Assembly (NCBI GenBank): GCA_963816795.1
Contig: CAWFLT010000007.1
Coordinates: 5,877 to 69,876, forward strand
Direction of reading: 5' to 3'
Origin: an uncultured Acidobacteriota bacterium
GTDB taxonomy: Bacteria; Acidobacteriota; Vicinamibacteria; Vicinamibacterales; SCN-69-37
Length of the DNA stretch: 64,000 bases
Numbering within the stretch: position 1 is the stretch's first letter; each line of letters starts with the position of its first letter. Below the pieces are notes generated by a model. That model saw nothing but the letters and a program-made list of their open reading frames with translations, was not told the origin of the DNA and did not search any database. Of the stretch, positions 21,748 to 31,345 are shown piece after piece. The translations under genes were made by a program, and so were the position numbers.

Positions 21748-22338
21748 TAAGACGCGCAGTACGGCGGCGCGATCTTGACGTCGCTCGAAGCGCTCGTGAT
21801 GTTTCGTGCAGGACCGTGAAGCCACTTCCACCCGCACCACGGCGGCCATTGCGCTTGAACAGCGCCCCGAAGTACGGCCGGAGCGGCAATCATCGCGTCG
21901 TTCCTCCACGTGAGACCTGCCGGCGCGCTCGTCCGGCCCTCGATCGTCGCGACGAGATGGATGCACGTCCGCGGGATGTCGTGGATGTGCCGACAGGTCG
22001 AACGCGCGAGCATGACCAGGACTCTCTGGAACACGCGGGAATCGAGTCGCTTGCCCGGCGTGCGGCCCACTTTCACTCGGCTGAGGCTGGAGATCTAAAG
22101 CGCAAGTCTCATTCCGCAGGGGCGTGCGGACGAGGTAAGCTAGGTGCATCAGATAGACGCCAGAGGCAGTGACGTCACTGTGGGTTGACTCGAACCAGGT
22201 CGGCGAGAGGCCGCGTCGGTTCGATGGTTGGCCCACGGGATGCGGCCGAACTCGCGAGATGTCGTGGGGTTTGTGCGACGGGTGCTCGTGAAAGGCCGCA
22301 TTGAAATAGACCTCGTGTACCATCTCCGCACACGGCAC
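21748..22338 (-). pseudogene. Possible degraded tyrosine recombinase (integrase) C-terminal remnant
   Basis: Neighbouring minus-strand frames give LAYLVRTPLRNETCALDL (compare TGLRxxE box I), then a stop. They continue VKVGRTPGKRLDSRVFQRVLVMLARSTCRHIHDIPRTCIHLVATIEG (compare GKGxKxR and HxLRHT) and GLTWRNDAMI (compare LLGHxxxxT). Catalytic residues are partly lost. The region has lower GC and no intact ORF with a plausible start. Confidence 0.3.
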
Positions 22339-22479
22339 GCGGTCTGCAAGGTCGGGCCGTGCCAGCTGGGGTGATCGCTAGGCCATGTGTGTCCGCGGGC
22401 CCGCCTCGAGCGGCCTGCCTGTCTGTCACCGCTCGGCGAAGGGACGAAGGCACGTATCTAAGGCGGGACTAGTAGGAGG

Positions 22480-23037
22480 ATGAATATGAGAAGGCTGGTT
22501 GTAGGAGTCGGTGCAGCGGTCGTTCTGGTGTCCATGGCGGGGATTGCCATGGCCCAGTCCAAAACCTTCAACTCGGAGATGAGGACGGAGGCGGGCACCG
22601 TCGAGGCGATCGAGTCCGCGAGCCGGATGGTCACGATCAAGAAAACGGATGGGACCTACGTGCAGGTCACCGCCGGGCCGGACATCAAGCGGTTCGCGGA
22701 GCTCAAGGTCGGCGACAAGATCAGCGCCCGGTTCTACGAGAACGTCGTCGTCCGGCTGAAGAAGCCCGGCGAGCCGGACGTGAATACCGGCGGGAAGGCC
22801 ACGACGCCTTCCGATCAGGTCCTGCCGGGTGGCACCAAAGCCGTCCAGCGGACGATCACGGCCACGATCACCGCCATCGACATGAAGATGCCGACGATCA
22901 CGTTCACCGGACCGAACGGCTGGAAGTACACCTCGAAAGTGCAGGACACGGAGTCACTCGCCAAGCTCAAGGTCGGCGACAAGGTCGACATTGTCTGGAC
23001 AGAAGCGGTGATGGTGTCGGTCGAGCGCGACAAGTAG
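22480..23037 (+). CDS. Secreted hypothetical protein with two tandem roughly 70-aa repeats
   Basis: It has an AGGAGG SD and a signal peptide (MNMRRLVVGVGAAVVLVSMAGIAMAQS). The internal duplication is ..VEAIESASRMVTIKKTDGTYVQV..LKVGDKISARFYENVVV versus ITAIDMKMPTITFTGPNGWKYTS..LKVGDKVDIVWTEAVMV. GC is visibly lower than in neighbouring genes. Confidence 0.7.
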   Translation: MNMRRLVVGVGAAVVLVSMAGIAMAQSKTFNSEMRTEAGTVEAIESASRMVTIKKTDGTYVQVTAGPDIKRFAELKVGDKISARFYENVVVRLKKPGEPDVNTGGKATTPSDQVLPGGTKAVQRTITATITAIDMKMPTITFTGPNGWKYTSKVQDTESLAKLKVGDKVDIVWTEAVMVSVERDK

Positions 23038-23052
23038 GTGCCTGGGTGACAG

Positions 23053-23079
23053 CCGGGGCGATCCGCCGGATCGCCCCGG
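23053..23079 (+). terminator. Perfect 12-bp stem hairpin after the 22480..23037 gene
   Basis: CCGGGGCGATCC-gcc-GGATCGCCCCGG lies 16 nt after the stop codon. Confidence 0.5.
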
Positions 23080-23144
23080 CCGGTCGCCGAGGTGCTGCCT
23101 GACCGACGGGTGTCGCTCGATTTCAGTCAGCAAAGGAGTCCGCC

Positions 23145-23840
23145 GTGTTCCCTAAGCTTGCCGCGGAGTTTATCGGCACGTTCTGGCTCGTCCTCGGTGG
23201 TTGCGGCAGCGCGGTCCTCGCCGCTGCGTTTCCCGCCGTCGGCATCGGATTGCTCGGAGTGTCCCTGGCCTTTGGTCTCACGGTGGTGACCGGGGCGTAC
23301 GCGCTCGGCCCGATCTCGGGCGGTCACTTCAATCCCGCGGTCTCCGTCGGCTTGTGGGCGGGAGGTCGCTTTCCTGCCGCCTTGCTCTTGCCGTACAGCG
23401 TGGCGCAGGTCCTCGGCGGCATCGTCGGCGCCGGCGTGCTGTACTTCATCGCCAGTGGCGTCCCGGAGTTCAGCGTGGCCGGGGGATTCGCGTCCAACGG
23501 CTACGACGCGCACTCACCGGGCAAATACAACATGGCCGCAGCGCTCGTGTGCGAAGTCGTGATGACGTTCATGTTCCTGATCATCATTCTCGGCACCACG
23601 CACAAGCGCAGTTCCGCCGCACTCGCCGGTCTCGCCATTGGTCTCGGACTCACCCTGATCCATCTGATCAGCATCCCGGTGACGAACACCTCGGTCAATC
23701 CGGCGCGCAGCACCGCCACTGCGGTGTTCGTGGGGGGCTGGGCCGTTCAGCAGCTCTGGCTGTTCTGGGTGGCTCCGGTGATCGGCGCCGCACTCGCAGG
23801 CTTCGTGCACAAGGCAGTGCTCGAAGCGCCAGTCGAATAG
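23145..23840 (+). CDS. aqpZ: Aquaporin Z
   Basis: [27 protein letters not shown].., with two NPA boxes (HFNPAVS, SVNPARS). It has a GTG start with AAGGAG upstream. Confidence 0.9.
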   Translation: MFPKLAAEFIGTFWLVLGGCGSAVLAAAFPAVGIGLLGVSLAFGLTVVTGAYALGPISGGHFNPAVSVGLWAGGRFPAALLLPYSVAQVLGGIVGAGVLYFIASGVPEFSVAGGFASNGYDAHSPGKYNMAAALVCEVVMTFMFLIIILGTTHKRSSAALAGLAIGLGLTLIHLISIPVTNTSVNPARSTATAVFVGGWAVQQLWLFWVAPVIGAALAGFVHKAVLEAPVE

Positions 23841-23880
23841 AACCGCCGATGACCGGACGCGCTCGTTCGTAGTTTGAACG

Positions 23881-25751
23881 CTACGGGAGCTCGACGTCGT
23901 ACGCGGTGACTCGCCAGGTGCCTTGTTCCCTGCGCCAAAGTAGACGCAGGACCGCGCCCTCGCCGCCCTGAGTGAGGAAGCGGAACGTCATGCTGAAGGC
24001 TTCTCCGTATTCGAGCGGCAGAGGATCTGGCGGCACTGCGCCGCGGGCGCGAGCGTCACACTCGACGACGTCGCCGAGGGCCGTGGGAAGGCTGCTGAGG
24101 CTGAACATGCGCGAGTACGGCTGATCCATCACACGAATCGACGAGTGGAGGGGCTCAGCCGCTTCGACGATCGTCTCCAGATTGCGCGATTTGCCCACCC
24201 ATTGGCCGATGCGTTCAAGACTTGCGCGGATCTTCCGGCCCGCATCGTCGAGAGATGTCGACGGCGGAGCGTCAGGACCGCGCACCAGGTCGTAGCAGGC
24301 GTAGCTTTTCGTCGAAAGGTATTGAAACGCCTGATCGTAGTTCTTGCGAATCAACCAGGCGTCCACGAAGCCCTTCGCCGCGTTCACGAGAACGAGGTCC
24401 GCCTTGATCCGCACGAGCTTTGGTTCGGGCGGCGCCGGTGGCACCGGCGTCTCATCGGGCGTCGGCGCCGTCTGCCAGGAGACGATCTTCCAATACCCGT
24501 CCTCCTTGGCCCACAGTAACGCGATCGAGGCGTCCTTCCGTGGCCCGGCGATGCGGAACGTCGCACCGACGTAGCGGCCGTACCCGTGCGATCGATTCGC
24601 CGGTGCACCCGGCCTCAACCGGTTCTCGCAGTCGAACCCGGCAGCGATGTCGTCGGGCACGTCGTAGAGAGCGAACTGGGCCTGCAGAGGGTGCGTCACG
24701 GCGCGCAGCCGCGGCATGGCGACGGGCACGCCGATCGTCAGGCCAGTAAGCGAGTCGTGCTTGCCTAGCGGCGTCGTAGGCGGCTTTCAAATTGACCAGG
24801 ATCTGAAACGGCGCCAGGCCGCGGTCGAAGGCGGATGGGTCGGGCCTATCCTGCGCCAGGCACGCGTAGGACCGTTCCGAAACATACCCCATCGCGGCCA
24901 CCACATCGCCTTCGAGGAGCCACGCCTGCAAGAAGTCAGGCACCATCACCTTGATGTCCTTCTTGCCCGCACGCGGGACTTTCGGCAGGGCCAGGGCGGA
25001 GGCTCTCCGGGGCGTCGGGCGTCTTCTCGAGGCGGACACCGAGGAAGCTTCGCCACCAGTTCTGAAATCCTGCCCACTGCGCGGCGTGCCGCTCGGCATT
25101 GTCGCCGGCGCGGACGTCCGAGTTCGACGCGCTCAAGTGTCCGTTGAACAACATGACGGGGAAGCTCGACGATCGATAGTCGACGTCGACATCGGCCAGA
25201 CGACCGTCCAGCGCAATTGAGAGCTGAATCGACGGCGTGCCTCGTTGTTCGCGGTAGTTGATCGGGTAGCCCTTGTGATACACGGCGTTGTCGACACCAC
25301 GCTTGAACTCCTGCGAGCGGTCCAGCATCTCGCGCGCGTTTGGCGTCAATCGGACGTACATCCGGAACTGGCGATCGCTTCGCGTGCCTGAGAGTTCGCC
25401 CTTGACGGTGTCAACGCGCTCGATGAGCGCCAGGCCGTCACCGAACTTCTGTTTCGACGCGTCGGTCAGCGCCGTCGTCATCAGGGCATGCGTGACGGCG
25501 TCGAACGTCGTTCTCGCAGAGAGGCTGAGGACGTCGTCATAGAACGAACGAGCATCCAGGGTCTGACCGGTCACCTTGGTGAATCGCCCCACCCAGTCAG
25601 CGACGAGCTGTTGACGCCGTGCGTCAAGCTCCGCGTACGCCCCGCCGAAACGTTGCACCGGCTGCTGGGCCAGGAGGATCTGAATGGCCAGGCCGCTGAA
25701 GAGCACGCTCCCAACGATCCCATACGTTCTCCGGAACCTCAGCAATGACAC
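23881..25751 (-). pseudogene. Large secreted hypothetical protein (about 620 aa when joined), two frame breaks
   Basis: ORFs 24936..25751 (N-terminal hydrophobic segment, presumptive signal peptide/anchor (MSLLRFRRTYGIVGSVLFSGLAIQILLAQQ)), 24452..25099 (middle part ..LALPKVPRAGKKDIKVMVPDFLQAWLLEG..) and 23881..24729 are consecutive. The frame switches near 24995 and 24766 (..NLKAAYDAA | LGKHDSLTGLTIGVPVAMPRL..). I recognise no family. Confidence 0.6.
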
Positions 25752-25870
25752 GATAGTGAATCCCTCTCTGCGCAGAATGCGCCAGCACTGCCGGGAAGCA
25801 ACCTCCGTGCCAGTATCCAGACGGAAGCCGCCGTCGACGCCGATGTCCGGTCGGGCGCTAGAATGCGAGC

Positions 25871-26515
25871 GTGCTCCGGTACCTTACGCCCGTCATCATC
25901 CTGGCGCTCTGGACGATTCGACCCGGCGCGCCCACGCCGCAGGCGGCACCGCAGCCGGACCTCACCGACGTCACCTCGTTCAACGAGCAGGCGCCAGAAA
26001 CCTACCTCGCCCGGTTCGAGACGAGCGTCGGCATTTTCATCGTGCGCGTCACGCGCGAATGGGCGCCGCATGGGGCCGACCGATTCTACAACCTCGTGAA
26101 GCGTGGCTTCTACGACCAGTGCCGGTTCTTTCGCGTGGTCAAGGACTTCGTGGCGCAGTTCGGCATCCACGGTGATCCGGTGGTTGCAACAGCCTGGAGC
26201 AAAGCCGCGATTCGACCCGACCGCGCAACGCGAAGCAATACCCGCGGCCGGGTGACGTTTGCAATGGCCGGCCCGGCGGATCGGACGACGCAGGTCTTCA
26301 TCAACTTCGCCGACAACTCCCGGCTCGACATCAACGGCTTTGCGCCAATTGGGGAAGTGATCACGAGCTTGCTGCTGGTCGAACGGCTCTATCACGAGTA
26401 CGGCGAGGGCCCGGACCAGGGCGAGATCGAACGAGGCGGCAACGCCTTCCTCAGCCGGTTTCTCCCCCGGCTCGACTACATCAAGACCGCGCGGCTCATC
26501 GCCGCGGGCAACTGA
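25871..26515 (+). CDS. Peptidyl-prolyl cis-trans isomerase, cyclophilin type (secreted)
   Basis: It contains RFYNLVKRGFYDQCRFFRVVKDFVAQFGIHGDP, GRVTFAMAGPADRTTQVFINF and GFAPIGEVI. Confidence 0.85.
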   Translation: MLRYLTPVIILALWTIRPGAPTPQAAPQPDLTDVTSFNEQAPETYLARFETSVGIFIVRVTREWAPHGADRFYNLVKRGFYDQCRFFRVVKDFVAQFGIHGDPVVATAWSKAAIRPDRATRSNTRGRVTFAMAGPADRTTQVFINFADNSRLDINGFAPIGEVITSLLLVERLYHEYGEGPDQGEIERGGNAFLSRFLPRLDYIKTARLIAAGN

Positions 26516-26518
26516 GCC

Positions 26519-26770
26519 ATGACGGACCAGCCGGCACCTCTCAAGCGCTACGACTACTACAAGGGCCCCGAGCGGCTCGGTGACGAGTGGACGCTGAGCC
26601 GGGGCAACCTGACGATGCGCTGTGTGCTTTCGACAAACAAGCTCGGCTGGGAACTGCGGCTCACCGCGGGATCGAGCTTTTCCCGCTCGCAGGTGTGCAA
26701 GAGCGAGGCGGACGTGCGCACGACGAGTGCGGCGTGGGCTGCCGAGGCTCGCGCGAAAGGCTGGGCGTAG
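26519..26770 (+). CDS. Small hypothetical protein (83 aa)
   Basis: It starts 4 nt after the cyclophilin stop, has high third-position GC and a non-repetitive sequence (..YDYYKGPERLGDEWTLSRGNLTMRCVL..). Confidence 0.5.
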   Translation: MTDQPAPLKRYDYYKGPERLGDEWTLSRGNLTMRCVLSTNKLGWELRLTAGSSFSRSQVCKSEADVRTTSAAWAAEARAKGWA

Positions 26771-26814
26771 CGCGTGGGCTTTTTCCGCGACTGTGGGTCT
26801 CGTCGCGCAGGACG

Positions 26815-27687
26815 TCAGCGCTTCCCGCAGATGTCTGACGGCCTGACGCCGTAGCGCCGCCGAAACGTCGTCACGAAGTGGCTGAGCGATCCGAACCCGA
26901 CGGCGAAGCAGGTGTCGGTGACGCTCGCGCCGTCACGAAGGTGGGCGCTGGCGTGTACGAGGCGGACGTCCGTCAGGAAGCGATGAGGCGGGCGGCCTTC
27001 GAGCTCCGCAAAGATCCGCGCGAAGTGAAACAGGCTCATCCCCGCATCGCGCGCCAACATCGACAGTGAGAGCGGTTCGGCGTACTGCGCCTCGATCAGC
27101 GCCTTCGCTCGATCGAGGCGCGCGGCGTACCAGGCCAGGCGATCGGGTCGGAACAGCGGCTGGCGTGATGCCTGCCCCGACAGCGACCACAGAACGGCGC
27201 CGCCGAGCGCCTCGGCCCGCGCCTCATCCCCGGGCCCGCATGTACGGAGTGTCAAATGAAGATAGGCGTGACGATTCCGGAGCGTTCGCACGGGTGATGT
27301 GCCGATCGTCATCAACGATCGCGCGCTCTCGACGGCCTCGTCCGAGTACGACACGGAGAAGCAACAATCGGACGGCACTTCCTCGTCGTGCGCACACGAG
27401 AACTCGAGCCCTGGCGTCGTCATGAAGAGCGACCGTGGTGACACTTCATGCCAGGCGTCCGTCGTTCGGATGCGAAACGATCCCGCCTCGACGAAGTTGA
27501 CGCCGTAGCCGAGGGCGCGCTCGCGTTCCGGATCGTGATGCGGCACGCCAGGCGGGTGGTCGAAGCGCTCGAGCGCGACCGCCTCCGTGCGGACGAGTTG
27601 GGCGGCGCGAATCATCGACCGTATGGTCGCACACTCCGTCGGTGGCGAGCGGCTGGACGTGGAGTGGAAGTTCGCAAGAAACCGCAA
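26815..27687 (-). CDS. AraC-family transcriptional regulator
   Basis: The C-terminal double HTH reads LSMLARDAGMSLFHFARIFAELEGRPPHRFLTDVRLVHASAHL..VTDTCFAVGFGSLSHFVTTFRRRYGVRPSD. A more likely start is MIRAAQLVRTE at 27615. Confidence 0.85.
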   Translation of the reverse strand: MRFLANFHSTSSRSPPTECATIRSMIRAAQLVRTEAVALERFDHPPGVPHHDPERERALGYGVNFVEAGSFRIRTTDAWHEVSPRSLFMTTPGLEFSCAHDEEVPSDCCFSVSYSDEAVESARSLMTIGTSPVRTLRNRHAYLHLTLRTCGPGDEARAEALGGAVLWSLSGQASRQPLFRPDRLAWYAARLDRAKALIEAQYAEPLSLSMLARDAGMSLFHFARIFAELEGRPPHRFLTDVRLVHASAHLRDGASVTDTCFAVGFGSLSHFVTTFRRRYGVRPSDICGKR

Positions 27688-27822
27688 GCCGCCGCAGGCG
27701 TCTCCCCGATAGATTCCGACCTGGAGGGCCTATGGGAACGTTTGGAGCGGCGGCATTGGGTGGTTGGCGTCACCCTGCTCATTCCGGTGACAGGCGCATC
27801 ACCCAGGGCGCCGGTCACGCAG

Positions 27823-28206
27823 ATGGAGATCGACAAGGAACTGCTTGCGGCGCGGGAGCTCGCCTGGCGCGCGTATTTCGCTGGCGATGTGAAGGCGCTC
27901 GGCGATCTGCTGCCGGACGAGTTCATTGGCATCGGGATGAACGACGAACCCTTCGCCGACCGTGCCAAGACGCTCGAAGACGCCAGGGCGTTTCGTGATG
28001 GCGGCGGACGCCTGATTCGCCTGACGTTTCCCGAGACACGCGCGCAGCGGTTCGGGGAGGCCGTCGTTCTCTACGGCCGTTTCGACGTGGTCATCTACTC
28101 CGGCGGCGAGGAGCGCACGCTCCGTGGCCGGCTCACCGAGATGTTCGTCCGGCGCGGGGGCAAGTGGCTGCACCCCGGCTGGCATCTCGACGTGATCGCG
28201 AAGTAA
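27823..28206 (+). CDS. SnoaL/DUF4440-like (NTF2-fold) small protein
   Basis: MEIDKELLAARELAWRAYFAGDVKALGDLLPDEFIGIG..RLTEMFVRRGGKWLHPGWHLD. It is divergent from the AraC gene. The 5' end is uncertain, since the track ORF starts at 27448 antisense to AraC. Confidence 0.6.
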   Translation: MEIDKELLAARELAWRAYFAGDVKALGDLLPDEFIGIGMNDEPFADRAKTLEDARAFRDGGGRLIRLTFPETRAQRFGEAVVLYGRFDVVIYSGGEERTLRGRLTEMFVRRGGKWLHPGWHLDVIAK

Positions 28207-28312
28207 CGCCGCCCCGACCGGCGGCTGAGGGCGTCCCTCCACGGCCGGCCGATGCCGTGATACCCTTCCGCGTTCAGGTCAGAGTACCCGGCCGTCCAGA
28301 TAGGCAGGCGCA

Positions 28313-30816
28313 ATGTCGGCCAAGCGGTCTTCGAGTTCGACCAGCAAAGTCACCTACGCGGCCCGCAAGCACGCCGGCCGCAGCGCGCCGGTGCGAGCGG
28401 TCTCCCGCGTCTCCCGCACGGCGCCGGCTCCAATGAGGAAGCACGCCGTGGATACCAAGAACAATCGACCCCAGCTCCCCAAGAACACCGCCGATGCCAA
28501 GGGCCTGCCGGCCGACGACGCCGGCGGCGGCAACATCGACAAGGTCCGCGACATCCTGTTCGGCGGACAGATGCGCGACTACGAGCGGCGCTTCAGCCGG
28601 CTCGAAGAGCGCCTGGTCCAGGAGACCGCCGAGCTCAAGGACGACGTCCGCAAGCGCCTCGTCGGCGCTCGAGCAGTTCGTCAAGCAGGAGACCGCGTCG
28701 CTCGCCGATCGCATCAAGACCGAGCACGACGAGCGCACCGACGCGACCAAGGATCTCTCGCGCGAAGCGCGCGAGAGCGCCAAGGCCTTCGAGAAGAAGA
28801 CCGGCCAGCTCGACGACACGATCGGCAAGGTGCAGCGCGAGCTGCGCCAGCAGCTCCTCGAGCTGCACCAGCGCATGAGCGACGACATGCGGCAGAAGGT
28901 CGACGAAGTGCTGGCGCGGCTGAATCAGGAATCGGCGGAGCTGCGCAACGACAAGACCGACCGCGCGACGCTCGCTGCGCTCCTCACCGAGATGGCGATG
29001 CGGCTCACCAACGAGCTGATCGATCCCCGGCGTCGACAATGGTCGGCATGGGTGATCGCGTCGCGCCGCCTCAGAACGACGAGGCGCGGACCGGATCGCG
29101 CGATCCCGACCCGGACGACGAGATCGCGTCGCTGCGGGCGATCCTGGTCGGTCCCGAGCGCGCGGCTTGGCCGCGCTGCAGTCGCGCCTCGACGATCCGG
29201 AGCGCCGCGCGCCGACGACGTCGGCGCCGTGCTGCCGCAGGTCCTGCTCCGGCACGCGCACGATCCCCATTTCACGCGCGCGCTGACGCCGCCGCTCGAA
29301 CAGGCGATCACGACGTCGGTGCAGCGCAACCCCAAGCCGCTGGCCGACGCGCTGTTCCCGGTGATGGGTCCGGCGATTCGCAAGGCCGTCGCGGCCGCGC
29401 TCGCCGGCATGGTCGAGTCGCTCAACCGGACGCTCGAGCACGCGGTGTCGTGGCGATCGGTGCAGTGGCGGCTCGAGGCGCTGCGCACCGGCAAGCCGTT
29501 CGCCGAAGTCGTCCTGCTCGAAGACGCTGCTCTACCGCGTCGAACAGGTCTTTCTGATCGATCGCCGCACCGGCCTGCTGCTGCAACACGTGCAGGCGGG
29601 CACCGCCGGCGTCCAGGACGCGGACATGGTGTCGGGCATGCTGACGGCGATCCGCGACTTCGTGCAGGATTCGTTCCATGTCGCCGACGCCGACTCGCTC
29701 GAGGCGTTGAAGGTCGGCGAGTTGTCGGTGTGGATCGAGGCCGGCCCGCACGCCATTCTCGCCGCGGTGATTCGCGGCACCGCGCCGCGCGATTTCCGCA
29801 CGCCGCTGCAGGACGCGATCGAGACCATCCATCTGGAGTTCGGCGAAACGCTCGAGTCGTTCAACGGCGACGCGAGCACGCTCGACGCCGGCGCCGGCCC
29901 ATCGCTCGAGGCGCTGCTGCAGACGCAGTACCGGGCCGAAGAGCGGCGCCCGCGGACGCTGAGCACGTGGATCCTCCTCGGCGTGATCGCGTTGCGGCGC
30001 TCGCTCGTGTGGGCGGGCTTCGCGTATCGCACGCGTGCCCGAGACGCCCGCTACCTGGACGCGCTGCGGGCCGAGCCCGGCCTTACCGTCGTCTCCGCCG
30101 CAACGCCGTGGCGGACAGCTCGTCGTGTCGGGTCTCCGCGATCCGCGCGCCCGCGACCCGCAGACCTTCGTCGAACCGGCGGGGCTCGCCCCGACCGCGG
30201 TGCAGGGTCGATGGGCGCCGTACTACGCGCTCGACCCGCCGATCATGCTCGCGCGCGCGCACGACGTGCTGCAGCCGCCGGCCGGGACGACGCTCGAGCT
30301 GGCCGACGGCGTGCTGTCGCGCACGCGGCACGCCGCCGGTCGCCTGGGTGGCCGAGGCTCGCCGGCTGGCGCCGCTCATCGCCGGAATCACGAGGATTCG
30401 ACGCCGTCAGCGTGCTCGACGAATCGGCACGAGCCGTGATCGCGCGGATCGAAGGGCAGGTCCTGCTGTTCGTCAAGGGGGCGGCGCGCCTCGTCGCCGG
30501 TCAGGACGATGCCGTGCAGCAGATGCAGCGCGATCTGCGCGAAGTCGACGCGATTGCCGGCGCGACCGGACAGCGGTTCCGTATCGAGATCGTCGGTCAC
30601 ACCGACGCCGATGGCCCGGCGGAGTCGAATCTGCCGCTCAGCCGTGCCCGTGCTGCCGTGGTGCAAGCCGCGATTGCGTCGCGGCCTCTCGTCGCGCCTC
30701 GAGGTCGTCGTCGACCGGTGTCGGCAGCGGCACGCCGGTGGTGGCGAGCGAGGACGAAGCAGGACAAGCAGAAGAATCGGCGCGTCACCATTCGGGTGAC
30801 GCGTCAGGCCGGTTGA
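28313..30816 (+). pseudogene. Large envelope protein with coiled coil, conserved Roadblock-like block, TM helix and C-terminal OmpA/MotB-like domain; about 11 frame switches
   Basis: Joined from frames of ORFs 28313.., 28494.., 29590.., 30035.. and 30509... Blocks are NIDKVRDILFGGQMRDYERRFSRLEERLVQETAELKDDVRKRL | SALEQFVKQETASLADRIK..LARLNQESAELRNDKTDRATLAALLTEMAMRLTNELI | ..DDEIASLRAILVGPERA | LAALQSRLDDPERRA | DDVGAVLPQVLL..FPVMGPAIRKAV..FAEVVLL | TLLYRVEQVFLIDRRTGLLLQHV..DMVSGMLTAIRDFVQDSF..SVWIEAGPHAILAAVIRG.. They continue TWILLGVIAL.. | RGGQLVVSGLRDPRARDP.. | ..VAWVAEARRLAPLIAGI | FDAVSVLDE..RFRIEIVGHTDADGPAESNLPLSRARAAVV.. | RGLSSRLEVVVD | GVGSGTPVVASEDEAG | KQKNRRVTIRV. Switches are near 28661, 29020-29090, 29165, 29208, 29523, 30106, 30320, 30392, 30679, 30716 and 30763. 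The start could be 28313 or 28433. Confidence 0.7.
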
Positions 30817-30829
30817 TGGACCAGACGCC

Positions 30830-31327
30830 ATGATTCAGAAGAAGATCTGCATGCTGGGCGCGTTCGCGGTCGGGAAGACGAGCCTCGTCGCCCGGTACGT
30901 GAGCAGCCTGTTTTCCGAGAAGTATCTGTCGACGGTCGGCGTCAAGATCGACAAGAAGCAGCTGACGGTCGACGGACGCGACGTGACGCTGATGCTCTGG
31001 GACATCTACGGCCAGGACGACTACCAGACCGTGCAGCCTTCCCACTTGCGCGGGATGTCAGGGTACCTCCTCGTCGTTGACGGGACGCGCCGGGCGACGC
31101 TCGACGTTGCCCGGCAGTTGCAGACGAAGGCGACCGCCGCCGCCGGGCAGGTGCCGTTCATCCTGCTGCTGAACAAGGTGGATCTCGCGTCCGACTGGGA
31201 GATCGACGAGCCGCTGTTCTTCAAACTGGTGGAGCAGGGGTGGCGCGTCATCCGCACGAGCGCGAAAACGGGTGAGGGGGTCGATGAGGCCTTCCATCAG
31301 CTCACGAAAGCGATGCTCCAGAAATAG
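30830..31327 (+). CDS. Ras-superfamily small GTPase, Rab/Ras-like
   Basis: All G motifs are present in a 165-aa ORF: G1 GAFAVGKT, switch I YLSTVGV, G3 WDIYGQ, G4 NKVD, G5 TSAK. It starts 13 nt after the OmpA-like gene. Confidence 0.85.
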   Translation: MIQKKICMLGAFAVGKTSLVARYVSSLFSEKYLSTVGVKIDKKQLTVDGRDVTLMLWDIYGQDDYQTVQPSHLRGMSGYLLVVDGTRRATLDVARQLQTKATAAAGQVPFILLLNKVDLASDWEIDEPLFFKLVEQGWRVIRTSAKTGEGVDEAFHQLTKAMLQK

Positions 31328-31345
31328 GCCTTCCTCGAGGACACC

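Noticed and set aside
21750-22340. A REP-associated tyrosine transposase (RAYT) remnant that could explain the palindromic elements (FHEH.. and IHLV.. motifs).
   Set aside because: The motif order is wrong for RAYT, since the F-x-E-H-like segment precedes the HUH-like one. The HUH is not intact. The text fits a tyrosine recombinase better, and even that only weakly.
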